A stretch of DNA of 64,000 nt, from assembly GCA_951406725.2 (NCBI GenBank), contig OX597817.1, positions 30,876,001 to 30,940,000 on the forward strand, in the 5' to 3' direction. Position numbers and translations under genes: made by a program. The notes beneath the pieces were generated by a model, which worked only from the letters and a program-made list of their open reading frames with translations, searched no databases and was not told where the DNA came from. Positions 51,730 to 64,000 of this stretch are shown piece after piece. The stretch is from Octopus vulgaris (taxonomy: Eukaryota). How positions within the stretch are numbered: the first letter of the stretch is position 1; each line of letters begins with the position of its first letter.

Positions 51730-51920
51730 TTTGTTTGTTTGCGTGCGCGCGCTTTAACATTCTGTTCCGGCTTATCTTACATTAATATGATGTTGGCGCC
51801 AATCCCTTTATGAAAGCACATCATCAAACAAATGACAGATTCAGAAAAATCAATCTGGAGGTTTAAATCTTAAGAAAGAATTATCAGTAACTGTTTCTTT
51901 CTCTCTACCTTTCCACCACC

Positions 51921-51960
<40 letters not shown>

Positions 51961-52567
51961 ACTCACATAATGCATATACATGCAAAAAAAAACGTGTGTA
52001 TTTATACAGTTTCGTGGATATATAATTGTGCGTTAAAAGGTATATTCATATATTTATCTATCTATAATATATATATATTATATATATATTATATATAGTG
52101 ACGAAGCCACCTTGAGCATAATCCTATGAACCCAGAAATTGAAAACAGAGGGTTACCCACTTGCAAACAAATGTGGTAACATATAACAATATTGACCGAG
52201 GTTACCGTGGTCTTTTTCGTAAGCTTTTCTTCCCACGGATAAACCTTATCTGCTTCCTCCTTTACACCGTACATCATGACACTGTGATCCACGATCCCTA
52301 TTGATGGTTTTTTTTCCTCTTCCCCTTTTTTTACCCATTTTTCTTCTTTTTTCCTTTTTCTTTTCTTTTGTTTCTTTTCCTTTTTTTCTCCTTTTTTGTC
52401 CCCTTTTACGAGCCCTTTTGATCGAAAACCTACGCCACTTTTTTTTCCTTTTTGTTCCTTTTGTTTTGTTTTTTTTTGTTTTTTTTTTCATCCTCCAAAA
52501 GAAAGGCTCTACCTTGTAATTTGTCCCATATGTGTGCAGCCCTGTGTGGCCAATAAAGAAACTTATA

Positions 52568-52640
<73 letters not shown>

Positions 52641-52737
52641 CAACAATTGAGGGTAAAATTAATTAATTAATTGTTAATCAATTTCACCAAGTGTTCAGTA
52701 TGTAAAGGGACCATTTAAGGCGAATTCAAATTATTAC

Positions 52738-53082
<345 letters not shown>

Positions 53083-53621
53083 TATAAAGAGAGGGGGAGA
53101 TATATAAAAGGCTGTGTTTGTTATTTGGGTGTTCATCCACGTTCGAAACCATATTTACACACGTGATGTATTTGATTGGTAATCCATTATTACACATGTG
53201 AGAAAGTGTAAAGAACAACTTATGTGTTATAACCTGATATCTTTAAAGTATTATTTGCCCTTTTGTTCTCCTTTTTCTCAAATGATTAACACATGTGTTT
53301 TTCATTGCCTCTCTTAATATAATCTAAACTTAGTCAATGGATTAATTGTTATTTGATAAGTGTAATGTCTGATAATAAAAACGGTTCCATACATTAAAAG
53401 TCCTTCCAGGCGTCTTCGTTTGTTAAAACAGTCGACCTATAAATGATCGCAGGATGGATTTTATCACCTGGACACACACGCGCGTGCGAGCACATACACA
53501 TACACACGCACACATATGCACACATAGACAGACAGATAGATATATAGGTAGATAGATAGCTCGATAGATAGATAGACAGACAGATACATAGACAGACAGA
53601 CAGACAAAGTGATAGATAGAC

Positions 53622-53654
<33 letters not shown>

Positions 53655-53704
53655 CATACATACATACATACATACATACATACATACATACATACATACA
53701 TACA

Positions 53705-53743
<39 letters not shown>

Positions 53744-54686
53744 CCGCGAAGGCGTGTAGCTAAGAGACAGATATAATGTCGATTGAAGCTGAAGGTTTAT
53801 CTCGCAACTTGGGTTTCACGCCTTTACGATCTTCTGGCGAGAATCGTTTTAATGGTATATTATATTCTTTGGTATAGTGTCATACGTATATTTGTTCATT
53901 GGTTTGTGTTATGCACTGCTTCTTCATTGGTTATTTTCTGTTGTGTGGTATTTATTTTCCTTATGCTTGATGGTGTTGGAATGTATTTTGAATATGCTTC
54001 AAAATGTGTTTTAAATACGCTACATCAATCTGTTAATCTAGCTAAATCGACCCTTTTGTCAAATACGTTTTGGTATGCCTCTGATCAAGTTTTTATGCTA
54101 TTGAGTCTGTAAATATTATTTTGGCTAAGATTAAGAGATTTCTATAGTTAAGTCTGTTTATGATTGAATTAAACTATAAAACTAATTAAGGGAATACCTT
54201 CTGTAAGCTATAACTTATGGGTGAATAATATCAGTATGAATCGTAGAAAGTGTTTGTTAAACTAATTAAAGATTTTAGTTTATTTCATTGCCAACATATA
54301 TTGTTGATGTAACTTCCTTTTTGGTATGTTCTCTCGTGTTTGTGTTTGTGAATATCTGGTTTTCATATGTATGTTGACGTTTGTATGTCAAAGTCGAGTG
54401 GCTATGATAAAAATATTTGGAATTTTAGTTTCATCAGTGTCAAAGATTCATTATGTCTAGGTGCTGCTTATCGTCTAACTCATAAAGTATATTATCCCTA
54501 TTTCGTTGCGAGTATACATTGGTATACATTTTCCTTAATTTTTATCCTTTGGGTGTGCGTGCGCATGTCTGTGTCGAATTTGATAGGCATTGCAAAAACA
54601 TATAGAACTTCATTTTCGTCAGTTCGAATGGCTCTTTAAGCTTTATTAATATTGTAATGATGTATATGTGCATATTTACATGTATA

Positions 54687-54735
<49 letters not shown>

Positions 54736-54930
54736 TATTTAAAGTACATAGTACATGTCTGTAAGTGCTAGTAACAGTTTCATATGTTGAGAAGTATCTC
54801 ATACATATTCTTCAGACACAAACCATACATCATAACAATGTGGTTTTTGTCTGAAGAATATGTTTGAGATATTTCTCAGCATATGAAACTATTAGCAGCA
54901 CTTAACGGCATGTATTGTGTCCTTTAAATA
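54736..54930. repeat. Palindrome carrying an HHR core on each strand
   Basis: + 54848-54897 UGU-CUGAAGA-AUAUG..UGAGA UAUU UCUCA.CAUAU-GAAAC-UAUUA-GCA; mirror copy at 54767-54820; stem III imperfect; (TA)n on both sides. Confidence 0.8.
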
Positions 54931-54932
54931 GA

Positions 54933-55006
<74 letters not shown>

Positions 55007-55329
55007 GACTGTGAAAATAGCATAGAAGTCTAAGACATTTCAATTTAAGAGGAAATTCAATAAAAATGATTTTAAAAATTATATAGAATTATGTAAAGAA
55101 AATATTACCAGTTTCCATGAATCTCATCTTATCAAATATCAGTAAAAATTTATAAAAATTTGAAGTAAAAACCTTCTGTCTGGGGGTCAAGAACATATCT
55201 CAAGAATATGTTCTTAACCCCCAGACTTACTTCTGTGCTATTTTCACCTCCATCTTTTATATATAAAATTTTGATTTGTATAGGTCTCTAATGTTTTTCA
55301 ACTATACACACACACACATATAGATTTAA

Positions 55330-56130
55330 ACTCCCGCTCTTTTAAGCTGTATCATAAACCATGCATTGATAAACACTCCTGTCACTGCCCTACAGGTTTT
55401 TAAAAATCTGATAGCTAACATTAATAGGATATTATATGTATCTTCTAAACAAATATCTGATAAGGCAGTCCCCTACTATAACAATGCCCTATCTAACTGT
55501 GGCTTTAAAGATAAAATATATTACAACTATTTAAGTTAAAATATGAATCGAAAAATAGACCAAAAAAAATAAACAAAGGAAAATAATTTGGTACGCTCTC
55601 CTTTCTCCTTTAATATTAAGACTAACGTAGACTAGAAATTCCTGTCACTTTTAGATAAACATTTTCCAATAAATCATAAATACAGGAATATTTTTAACAG
55701 ATATTCAATAAAAAATATCATACAGCTGCTACACCATGAAGAACATTATAACTCGCAAAAACCACCAAGTGACCCCTCCTAGTTGTAACTGTCGAGTATC
55801 TGAAGGTTACCCACTTGGTCAGGTATTTGCGATAAACTCCATCATATATAAGGTTGAAGTTACAGCTATGCTCCAAGAGAAATCAACTGAAAAGAATTAC
55901 ATCGGGTTATGTGAGGGCGAGTTCAAGGGACGTTGTGCAAACCACCTACCTCCTTTCCGGAACATCGATAAAAGTAATGCATCTAAGTTGGCTAGCCACG
56001 TATGGAATTTGGAGAGCAGCCCCACACCACCTACAACTAAGTGGAGAATAGTGGAGAAATCCAAGCCATATGTTAATGGATCTAAGAAATGCAACATGCG
56101 TAGCAGAAAGATTTCATATTCTTCTTCGAT
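55330..56130 (+). pseudogene. Penelope-like element remnant: RT C-terminus and GIY-YIG endonuclease
   Basis: ORF 55736-56167: CNCR...IIYKVEV...YIGLCEGEFKGR..NH...F...KLASHVWNL...KWRIVEKSKPY...KKCN; upstream frameshifted YYNNALSNCGF and LLDKHFPINHKYRNIFNR. Confidence 0.85.
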
Positions 56131-56649
56131 CCAGCAATTCCAACTCACTGTTTCATTCGATACCTGAAAGCTTTAGAAGGTTACTTTTATAGAAATGGAG
56201 GGCACCACCCACTCTGGATTGAGTTTCGCAGACTTAGACATATTTTCTGTTTTATTGTGTTCTAAACCAGATGTATTTAATTACCTTTCTGCAATCAGAG
56301 AGGACGAGGATCGTAGTTCTTAATTTCGTCTCTTTTTTTCTCGTTCCATTTTTTGCACCTGGATTAATAAACTGCGCATCATCATACCTAATTTTGTAAA
56401 CTTTTCCTTTTCCTACAACGCAATCACACAAACACATACATTTCTAACAAAAGGAAGATCATGTCACACTGCAAATACCAAAATAAAAATCACCTTTAAA
56501 AATTGTTTTGCAAACTGGCCCATATTAAATACACTGTACATAACTATTAAACATACACAAAGACAAATTATGACGAGCCTTTACTGATATATACAATGAC
56601 ACACATAATCAACTTTATTAGGTGACACTGGTTCGCTGTATTTCTAATG

Positions 56650-57580
56650 GTGGGAATGAACAGAGATATTTGTGCACTCGCAGTTTGAGAGCCTGTGTCA
56701 TTGGCCGAGTAGATCTAGGGACACAATCATGAAGTAGCTCAAAATACTGAGTGACGGCCAGAGGGTCTTCCGGAGTGTGATCTTTGGCGTCAATTGTCCA
56801 GAGGGCGTGCGAAAGCATGAATATATTGGTCCCTGGTAAATAGCATATTTCATACTGCGCAGTAGCATTGCTTTGTTCTGACGGACAGTAACATTGCTGA
56901 ATGGGCTGTAGTTTGTACTTTTTTTATATAGAATTATTCTTGTGTCAACATTTCTCTCCAGTTGTTAGCTCTGATAAGACGTTTTTCATGGATAAGCTCC
57001 ATCAATCACAATTTTTGCAAGAGCTTTCGTTTGAACTCGTATGGTGTAGGGAAGGGAGCATCATGAAGTATTCGTCCAGCAAAGATAAAACTATTTCAGC
57101 AAAGATAAAAGTATTATTCAGATTTGAACTTTGGCAAACTGTCTCTTCTTCCCTTAACCGGCTCGTCTGATTTTTTCCATAGTGTCCCCAACTTCTTCGC
57201 ATCTCTATAACATATATTGGACGTATTTTTGCCCACACCAGTCTACTGCATATGGTAATATTCAAAACATGAAGCTGCTTTATAAACAAAAAGAAGGGCA
57301 GACTGCAACTTCCAAAGATTCATTTACGGGCGAGAGTCATTGATTTATATCTTGAGGATGCCATTGTCTGGTCAAACTTTTAACCCAGCAAGGCCCAATT
57401 TAAGGATATTACTACATCGATATAGCTTTTTGTTTCTCTTATCTGTGCAAACAGAAATACAGTTTATTTTCGCAGGATTTCTATGATGACTAAAGACAGA
57501 AATGGCCCAAGTATTGAGCCTTATGGGATAGATGCATTGTTGAGTGAATTGGAAGAGTTATCTTGACGGGTTGCTCATTA
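56650..57580 (-). mobile_element. Highly decayed CR1/L2-type LINE RT fragment
   Basis: Minus strand SIP*GSILGPFL (57500-57535) corresponds to GVPQGSILGPLL; CSRLVW resembles CSQLW of the 5926 element. Confidence 0.6.
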
Positions 57581-57670
57581 ATCTAACTTTCAATCCACCT
57601 TTGTCATTATATAATTACATTATCAATATTACACACACACACGCACACACACACACGCACACACACACAC

Positions 57671-57710
<40 letters not shown>

Positions 57711-57857
57711 CAAAATGGGATAACAATTGAAAAGGTTGCAATACGCAACGAAAATTTTAGGAAAATTAAAATAAGAAATAAGTGGAAATTTTACCGGTGT
57801 GTGTGTTAAATTATAAGGCGCAAAAATAAAATGACTCTCCTCAAACACAACAGTATG

Positions 57858-57900
57858 AGGACAAATATATAGATATAGTCTATATCTATATATTTGTCCT
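57858..57900. repeat. Perfect palindrome, 21-bp arms, 1-nt centre
   Basis: AGGACAAATATATAGATATAG T CTATATCTATATATTTGTCCT. Confidence 0.95.
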
Positions 57901-58082
57901 TATAAATGTCCTGAAAACTCTTCACAGACCTGTCTCTTTTGTCTAATATATATATATATGCAGGCTAATACGAGACCCACATTAGACTCCTCTCTCGTAT
58001 CACTATCGAACCAAGAGTTTAACTACGGTCTGTGCATAGTACTTACTTAGCGTTACGTGCCTAGATACCAATACCTCTCTCT

Positions 58083-58222
<140 letters not shown>

Positions 58223-59236
58223 GTATGTGCGCATATAAGCATGTAGTGTAGTTTTTAAGAATACCGTAATCTGTGTGCATATTAACTATTTAATTAACCT
58301 ATTTTCCACCTTTTTAAATTGAAAGCTGGTATTAGTAACTTCAGTAAATTATGTTTTTTCTTAAAATATTAATAATAATGATAGCAGTCAATTCTAATGG
58401 AAGGTGAAAATACAATTCAGTATTTCTTAATAATGATGATCAGGTTAAATATAAAACCTAACAGAAATACGTTCATTCAAAGATATAGATATATACGAAA
58501 AGTAAAAGAAAGTATTTGTGCAGTAGATTAGAAGCATATTTTTTTTTATCACTATACTACTAATAGATGTTGGTATTTGAAAACAAAAATAAACATACAT
58601 ATATTATATATATATTCTGAAAGATAAAACAAAAAGTATTCTACAAAATAATTTGTAAAAAAAAAAAATGAGGGAGAAATAATAGTTAAGAAGAACAATG
58701 AGAACAATAAATATTAAGATACACTAATTTCAAATGGTTATTTATTTGCTATTTATTCATCATGTTTATCATCACACTCTTCTCCCTCCTTCTCTTCCCC
58801 CATCATCATCTTCATCGACTAATTCATCATCATCATAATCATCATTATTATCATCATCATCATCATCATCATCTTTATTAATTCTATAATTATGGTTGTT
58901 GTTGTTGTTGCCGCTGCTGCTACTGTTATTGTTTTTATCATCATCATCATTGACAGAAAACTAAGTTCTGAAATATTTACTTTGGCTATTAATTGTTAGA
59001 TTAAGAATGTTCAGCTATTTTCTGAATTGCCTGAATTATTTATTGCCCTTTAAGAATTCCGATTTGTCTTCTTTTTTTTTTTTTTTTTACTTCTCTGTGG
59101 CAAACTATTGTTGCCTGCTGCTGATGTGTTCATAATTCAATTTTTGCGTCAAGCTGTAAAATATAATTTACACGAGTATTTGAATAAAGCATTTTTGCTG
59201 ATGTTGGTTATATATATACATTTTTATATACTTAGC

Positions 59237-59669
59237 TACACACATACAAATACATACATATAGACGTATATATACATATCTATATACATATATATATACA
59301 TATATATATATATAAATATATATATATATACATATATATACATATATATATACATACATATATATACATATATATATATACATATATATACATATATATA
59401 TATACATACATATACATATATATATATATATACATACATATATATGTATATATATATACATACATATATATATATATATACATATATATATACATATATA
59501 TATATACATATATATACATATATATATATACATATATATACATATATATATACATATATATACATATATATACATATATATACATATATATATACATATA
59601 TATACATATATATACATACATATATATATATACATACATATATATATATATACATATATATACATACAT

Positions 59670-59712
<43 letters not shown>

Positions 59713-59720
59713 TATGTATA
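59237..59720. repeat. Compound (TA)nCA microsatellite
   Basis: Direct reading. Confidence 0.95.
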
Positions 59721-59940
59721 TAATAAATCTCTGAACAAAGTATAATACTCAGAAACTCGGGTCTGTGCGTATCACGTCAGGTCGACGATGGGAAGGATGG
59801 GTTCCCTTTGCAAATACTGATAGGACACAGAAAGTGTGTCAATAGCCAGCTGAAGATGTTCTCCTGGGGCTACAAGCTACAGTAGCATCCACCCTTAGTG
59901 GTTAGCCACATTTAGGTGGCAAATGCACTTTACATATGTA

Positions 59941-60014
<74 letters not shown>

Positions 60015-60221
60015 TATACTTATATACATATATAAATAATTATATGTATGTATGTATGTATGTATATATGTATGTATGTAAGTATAGAGAGATAGATAGA
60101 TTGGGTGCTCGAGATAAATTGGACAAGTTTATGTCCCCTTTTTTCAAGAACAGCTTCATGTATTGGTGAACAGTCAACAGCGTAGGAGAGCATAAAGATT
60201 AAACCTGTTGGGAAAAAGTTA

Positions 60222-60484
60222 ATAATAATAAAATAAATGCGCCCTTTTAAAACCTAGCCAGGCTCATGGGCCCGGTTTCCCGGTTTCAATGGCGTATGTG
60301 TTCCCCAGCTGGACGGAACGCCAGTCCATCATAACGTTACTCATTTTTGCCTGCTGAGTGGACTGGAGCAACGTGAAATGAAGTGCTTTGCTCAAGAACA
60401 CAACGCGTCGCCCGGTCCAGGAATCGAAACCACAACCTTACGATCATGACGCTGACACCCTAACCACTAAGTCATGCGCCTCCA
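60222..60484 (-). mobile_element. SINE family E
   Basis: Homologous to 42000-42256; GGGAAAA.GTT on both flanks. Confidence 0.9.
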
Positions 60485-60529
60485 ATCGGGAAAATGTTAG
60501 CTGACATGAATGACTGGAAGCCATCTAAA

Positions 60530-61236
60530 TAATGGAAAAGATTTAGCTGTATCATGATGATTCGCGATATAAAAATGCCGGTATCATGACTGTTGCTCAA
60601 TGCTCTGAGAACCCTGTGAATGTTGTAACACATGGACAGCTACAACGTAGACTAAAAAGCCGTAGACAGTAGTAAGGGACACAGCAGGCGTGCTGACAGC
60701 ATCTGCACGCCGGCGAATTCATCTGGCGAATGCAAGACAAGGTGATGGAAAACCCGAGCAAGGGAAGCCGTGCTTTGGTGTGAGAGATGGGTGTATAGTC
60801 GCCATCAGGAAGTTAACCTGAATGAGGACCTTCTTCGCTACTACTCGTACAAGATGTACAACGGCCAGTTTCTGACAGCCAAGGCCAATGAGAATTGCTT
60901 GGCGAAGACACAGAAGCTGTTGAACAAGCTGAGACAGCCTATTGAGCCAGTGATGATCAGGTTCTTCTCATATGAAAAGAACGTCTGCTAGGACCAGTTG
61001 CGAAACACCTAGAACAACACGTGTCTTGCCTACAATCCATGTGATATCCCATGTATCATGGAAACCCAGTTCCCCAAAACATTGATTGTTTTTGTGTGTG
61101 TCTCTTGCGAGGGTGTATGTCAGGCCGCTCCACAACTTTGAACAAGGCCTTAGACTCAATTCAAATGGCTATGTGAAGCAGCTGGAAAACCATATGTATA
61201 GCAGCTGGATTCGGTTCCCTGATATACTTCCAGGGA
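60530..61236 (+). pseudogene. Decayed Tc1/mariner-superfamily transposase, DD37D/maT-like
   Basis: EDL.RYYSYKM..GQFLT, KLLNKL, FFSYEKN, TQFPKTLIVF..VSCEG, FEQGLRLNS.GYV, KPYV*QLDSVP; stops and frameshifts; no TIR found. Confidence 0.75.
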
Positions 61237-61507
61237 GTTTTAGCAAGTATACAAGCAAGCAGTAAGATTTTGATGAACCAACAGTTCACCAGCAAGTTAA
61301 ATTTCGAATCAGAATTACCAACATTTGAGAATTATAAGGTGGGTGGGACTATAATCAGTTAGTCAAGAGGATGGCAAGCAGAATAAGGTTGTAAATTAAG
61401 GAATAGTTAAAAGACATATCTAATCTAAAGATGTCATTAAACTTAGAGTCGTTACTCACAAAACCTGGTACTGGTAAAATACTTTCGGGCGTTCAAGCAT
61501 TCATTAA

Positions 61508-61853
61508 TCTCTCTATATATAAAGCTGAAGTTGTCTGTGTATGGCAGGTTTGATAGCCTTCAACTAGCATCATCTCCTCCGAGATCCTGCGGCGCAAGTT
61601 GACCAAAATTGAGAGTATGATAGAAAAAGGCTTGCTCTTTCTTTCGTAGAAGAAAAAATTCAAATCGGACCCTGTTAACACCAAAAATTATTTGCATCAA
61701 AAAGGTGCTTTTTTTCAGTGAAAAGCCCTATTTTTTACGATTTTTTGACTGCTGTGTCGCCATTTTTCGGTGTATTTCAACCAGAAAAATGTTAAAAAAT
61801 TTCAATTCTAAAGGGTCGAAACAAACCCGAGCAACGCCGGGCGATACTGCTAG
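61508..61853 (+). mobile_element. Complete non-autonomous Helitron
   Basis: A|TC start, subterminal hairpin CCCG...CGGG at 61826-61841, CTAG|T end, no TSD; partial second copy at 27555-27796. Confidence 0.9.
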
Positions 61854-62644
61854 TATCTTATAATTCGATAAATAATAACTTGTTTTTGAAATGATAATTC
61901 GATATTAATTTAGGATTTTGTATTCAGATATATATTCACTGGCAGCAAATGCGTATATATTCATGTATGTATAAGCTTGTGTGTGCATGTGTAGCAGGCA
62001 TAGGGGAGTCGATTGCAAGTACATTCTCGTACAAACTCACTTCATTTGACTGTATGTCGCCACTGAGGATAGTGAGAGGAGCATGTGAGTTTGATGTCCG
62101 TGAAGTTCTTTCTCACTTAAAAAGAAAAACATCATGGTTAAGCATTGGTGTAGCCATGATGTTCTGATGAACTGAAGAGCTAGCTTTGTCACGTATATTT
62201 GCCATGTTACGTGTATATTTGCAGCGTAATCCTACAGATATTAAGTGATTAAATATATTCACCCCTCATACCTGCTGACATTTTATGGTTTCTATGTATG
62301 TATATGTATGTATACACATACACACACACACACTCTTATATTTGTACGAATGAATGATTTTTTATGTATATTGATATATAAAAACAAACATTAATTGACG
62401 GATCAATCAATACAGTTACGAAGGGTATCAAATTTTATCATTAAAAGGGAAAGCTTGATAGTAACTTCGTAATTTCGGCTCAGCTACATTCACCACTCTG
62501 GCGGAGGCCACGGTTTTTTCAAGCATTGCATCTATTTTGCCTTTCTTTCAAAATTAAAGTTTAACTTTACTTTTTTTAAATATAGACACAAAAGTATCTG
62601 GTCATTTATCTCTGCAATTACAACATCTCTTTGCCTGAAAACAT

Positions 62645-62900
62645 AGACAGAAATTATATCGATCGGCTTCACAGCCGATTCAATAAATTGTTGAACTACG
62701 GAGCACCTCTTCTCATTTTGATATCCAGAACATAGAGACCAAACCTCATTGGTTAAATATATCTGCAGCCTTAAAAACGAATGGCGAAAACATTAAAATA
62801 AACTAGACAGTCATTGAAAATGTCAACCTATACAACAACATTCTAGCATTCATCCTGAATCTGACGACAGAATGCAACATATTTTTAACTAAAAGTCTGA
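62645..62900 (+). pseudogene. Decayed Penelope-like GIY-YIG remnant
   Basis: IGFTA...YPEHRDQTSLVKYICSLK...IKIN*TVIE, aligning by eye to the 55736 ORF. Confidence 0.5.
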
Positions 62901-63548
62901 GCTTTTCTCAAAGATCGGTATCTCGTAAGACAATTTCAACTACAGACGGGCAAAATCCATAGTTCTATATGCATTAATCAGCAACGAAAAAAAAAACGTT
63001 TTAAAAAATACATTTTGTACTGATATTTTTACATTTTCAAAGTCATAAGATCTGTTACAACACATTTAATACCATGATAATAATGTTTACATTTACCAAT
63101 ATTTACCTTTTCATTTTCATATATTTTCCTTCTTGTATGAGTGTATGCGCATATATGTGTGCATGTATGTATCCATACACACATCAATGCAAACACCCAT
63201 TCAAACATACACACGCATATAGATATGCATAAATACATAATTTTATTATAAATATGTTTTACTACATATAATTCTTGGTAATATCCACTTTTGTACTCGC
63301 AACTCTTTTTATTATACTGTTATGTTTTATGCATGCAGCTTTTTAACTATTATGCATACTGCACGTATTATATGTATTACATAAATATATATATATATAT
63401 GCATTATGTATTATGTATATTTTATAATTTATGGTACATATTTTATTTTACTTTATATTCTATATATTAGTTATATATATTATATGTATGGTTGAGCATG
63501 TGTGCAAATTTATGGATATGTAAGAATGCATATATTTATGGATATGTC

Positions 63549-63579
<31 letters not shown>

Positions 63580-64000
63580 GTATGTGCATGCGTGTACATA
63601 CACCCATACATGCACAAACATGTGCACGCGTGTTTGTCAAGTAACAGATGAATAAAAAAAATAGATATACAGGCGACAGGATACACTGACAAATATATTT
63701 AAAATCAATTTAGTAGAGAGACATTTGTAAGCGTTTATCGTTATGCGTGTACACGCATACACAAACGCATATATCTTATATGTGTATGTTTGTGTGTCTG
63801 AGTCTATGTTGCATAAGTATATATGGGAATGAATGAAAAGAGGCATAGCTACATGAACAGATATGGATAATCGAATTATTATAGCAATATATATGTGAGG
63901 ACTTGTATGTGTGTCTATACGCAAGGCTTTTGACTTCTATGTGTCTCCGGAAGCGTGTGTGTGTACCGTGCGTATGAGTGTGTGTCTCTGTGTGTGTGAA

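Noticed and set aside
52246-52519. Lys-rich and Phe-rich ORFs
   Set aside because: Low-complexity poly-T/pyrimidine tract
53783-54639. Hydrophobic ORFs 53783-54112 and 54367-54639
   Set aside because: T-rich strand of what is probably a decayed retroelement on the minus strand; no convincing motif in either direction

Overview
AT-rich, microsatellite-dense eukaryotic DNA with no confidently identifiable host protein-coding gene. The SINE families and (TA)n/(CA)n/(TACA)n arrays look like an octopus genome (inference from recognition, not a search). Most listed ORFs are microsatellite or SINE artefacts. Supported content: five SINE-like families in many copies, two CR1/L2-type LINE fragments, a full-length defective IR/DR Tc1 element plus a deletion derivative, a decayed DD37D-type transposase, three non-autonomous Helitrons, a probable solo LTR, and four Penelope-like GIY-YIG remnants. 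The main unannotated signal is about 15 type I hammerhead ribozyme (HHR) motifs from several unrelated sequence families, five with well-formed cores. They cluster at 8.9-9.9 kb, 29.6-31.2 kb and 54.7-55.2 kb, mostly beside (TA)n tracts. Two sit in ORF-less, terminally redundant units of 340 and 468 bp that resemble retrozyme-like elements copied from circular or multimeric RNA. CpG frequency rises sharply at about 40.1 kb, suggesting the left 40 kb lie in a methylated gene body. All folds and alignments were done by eye.
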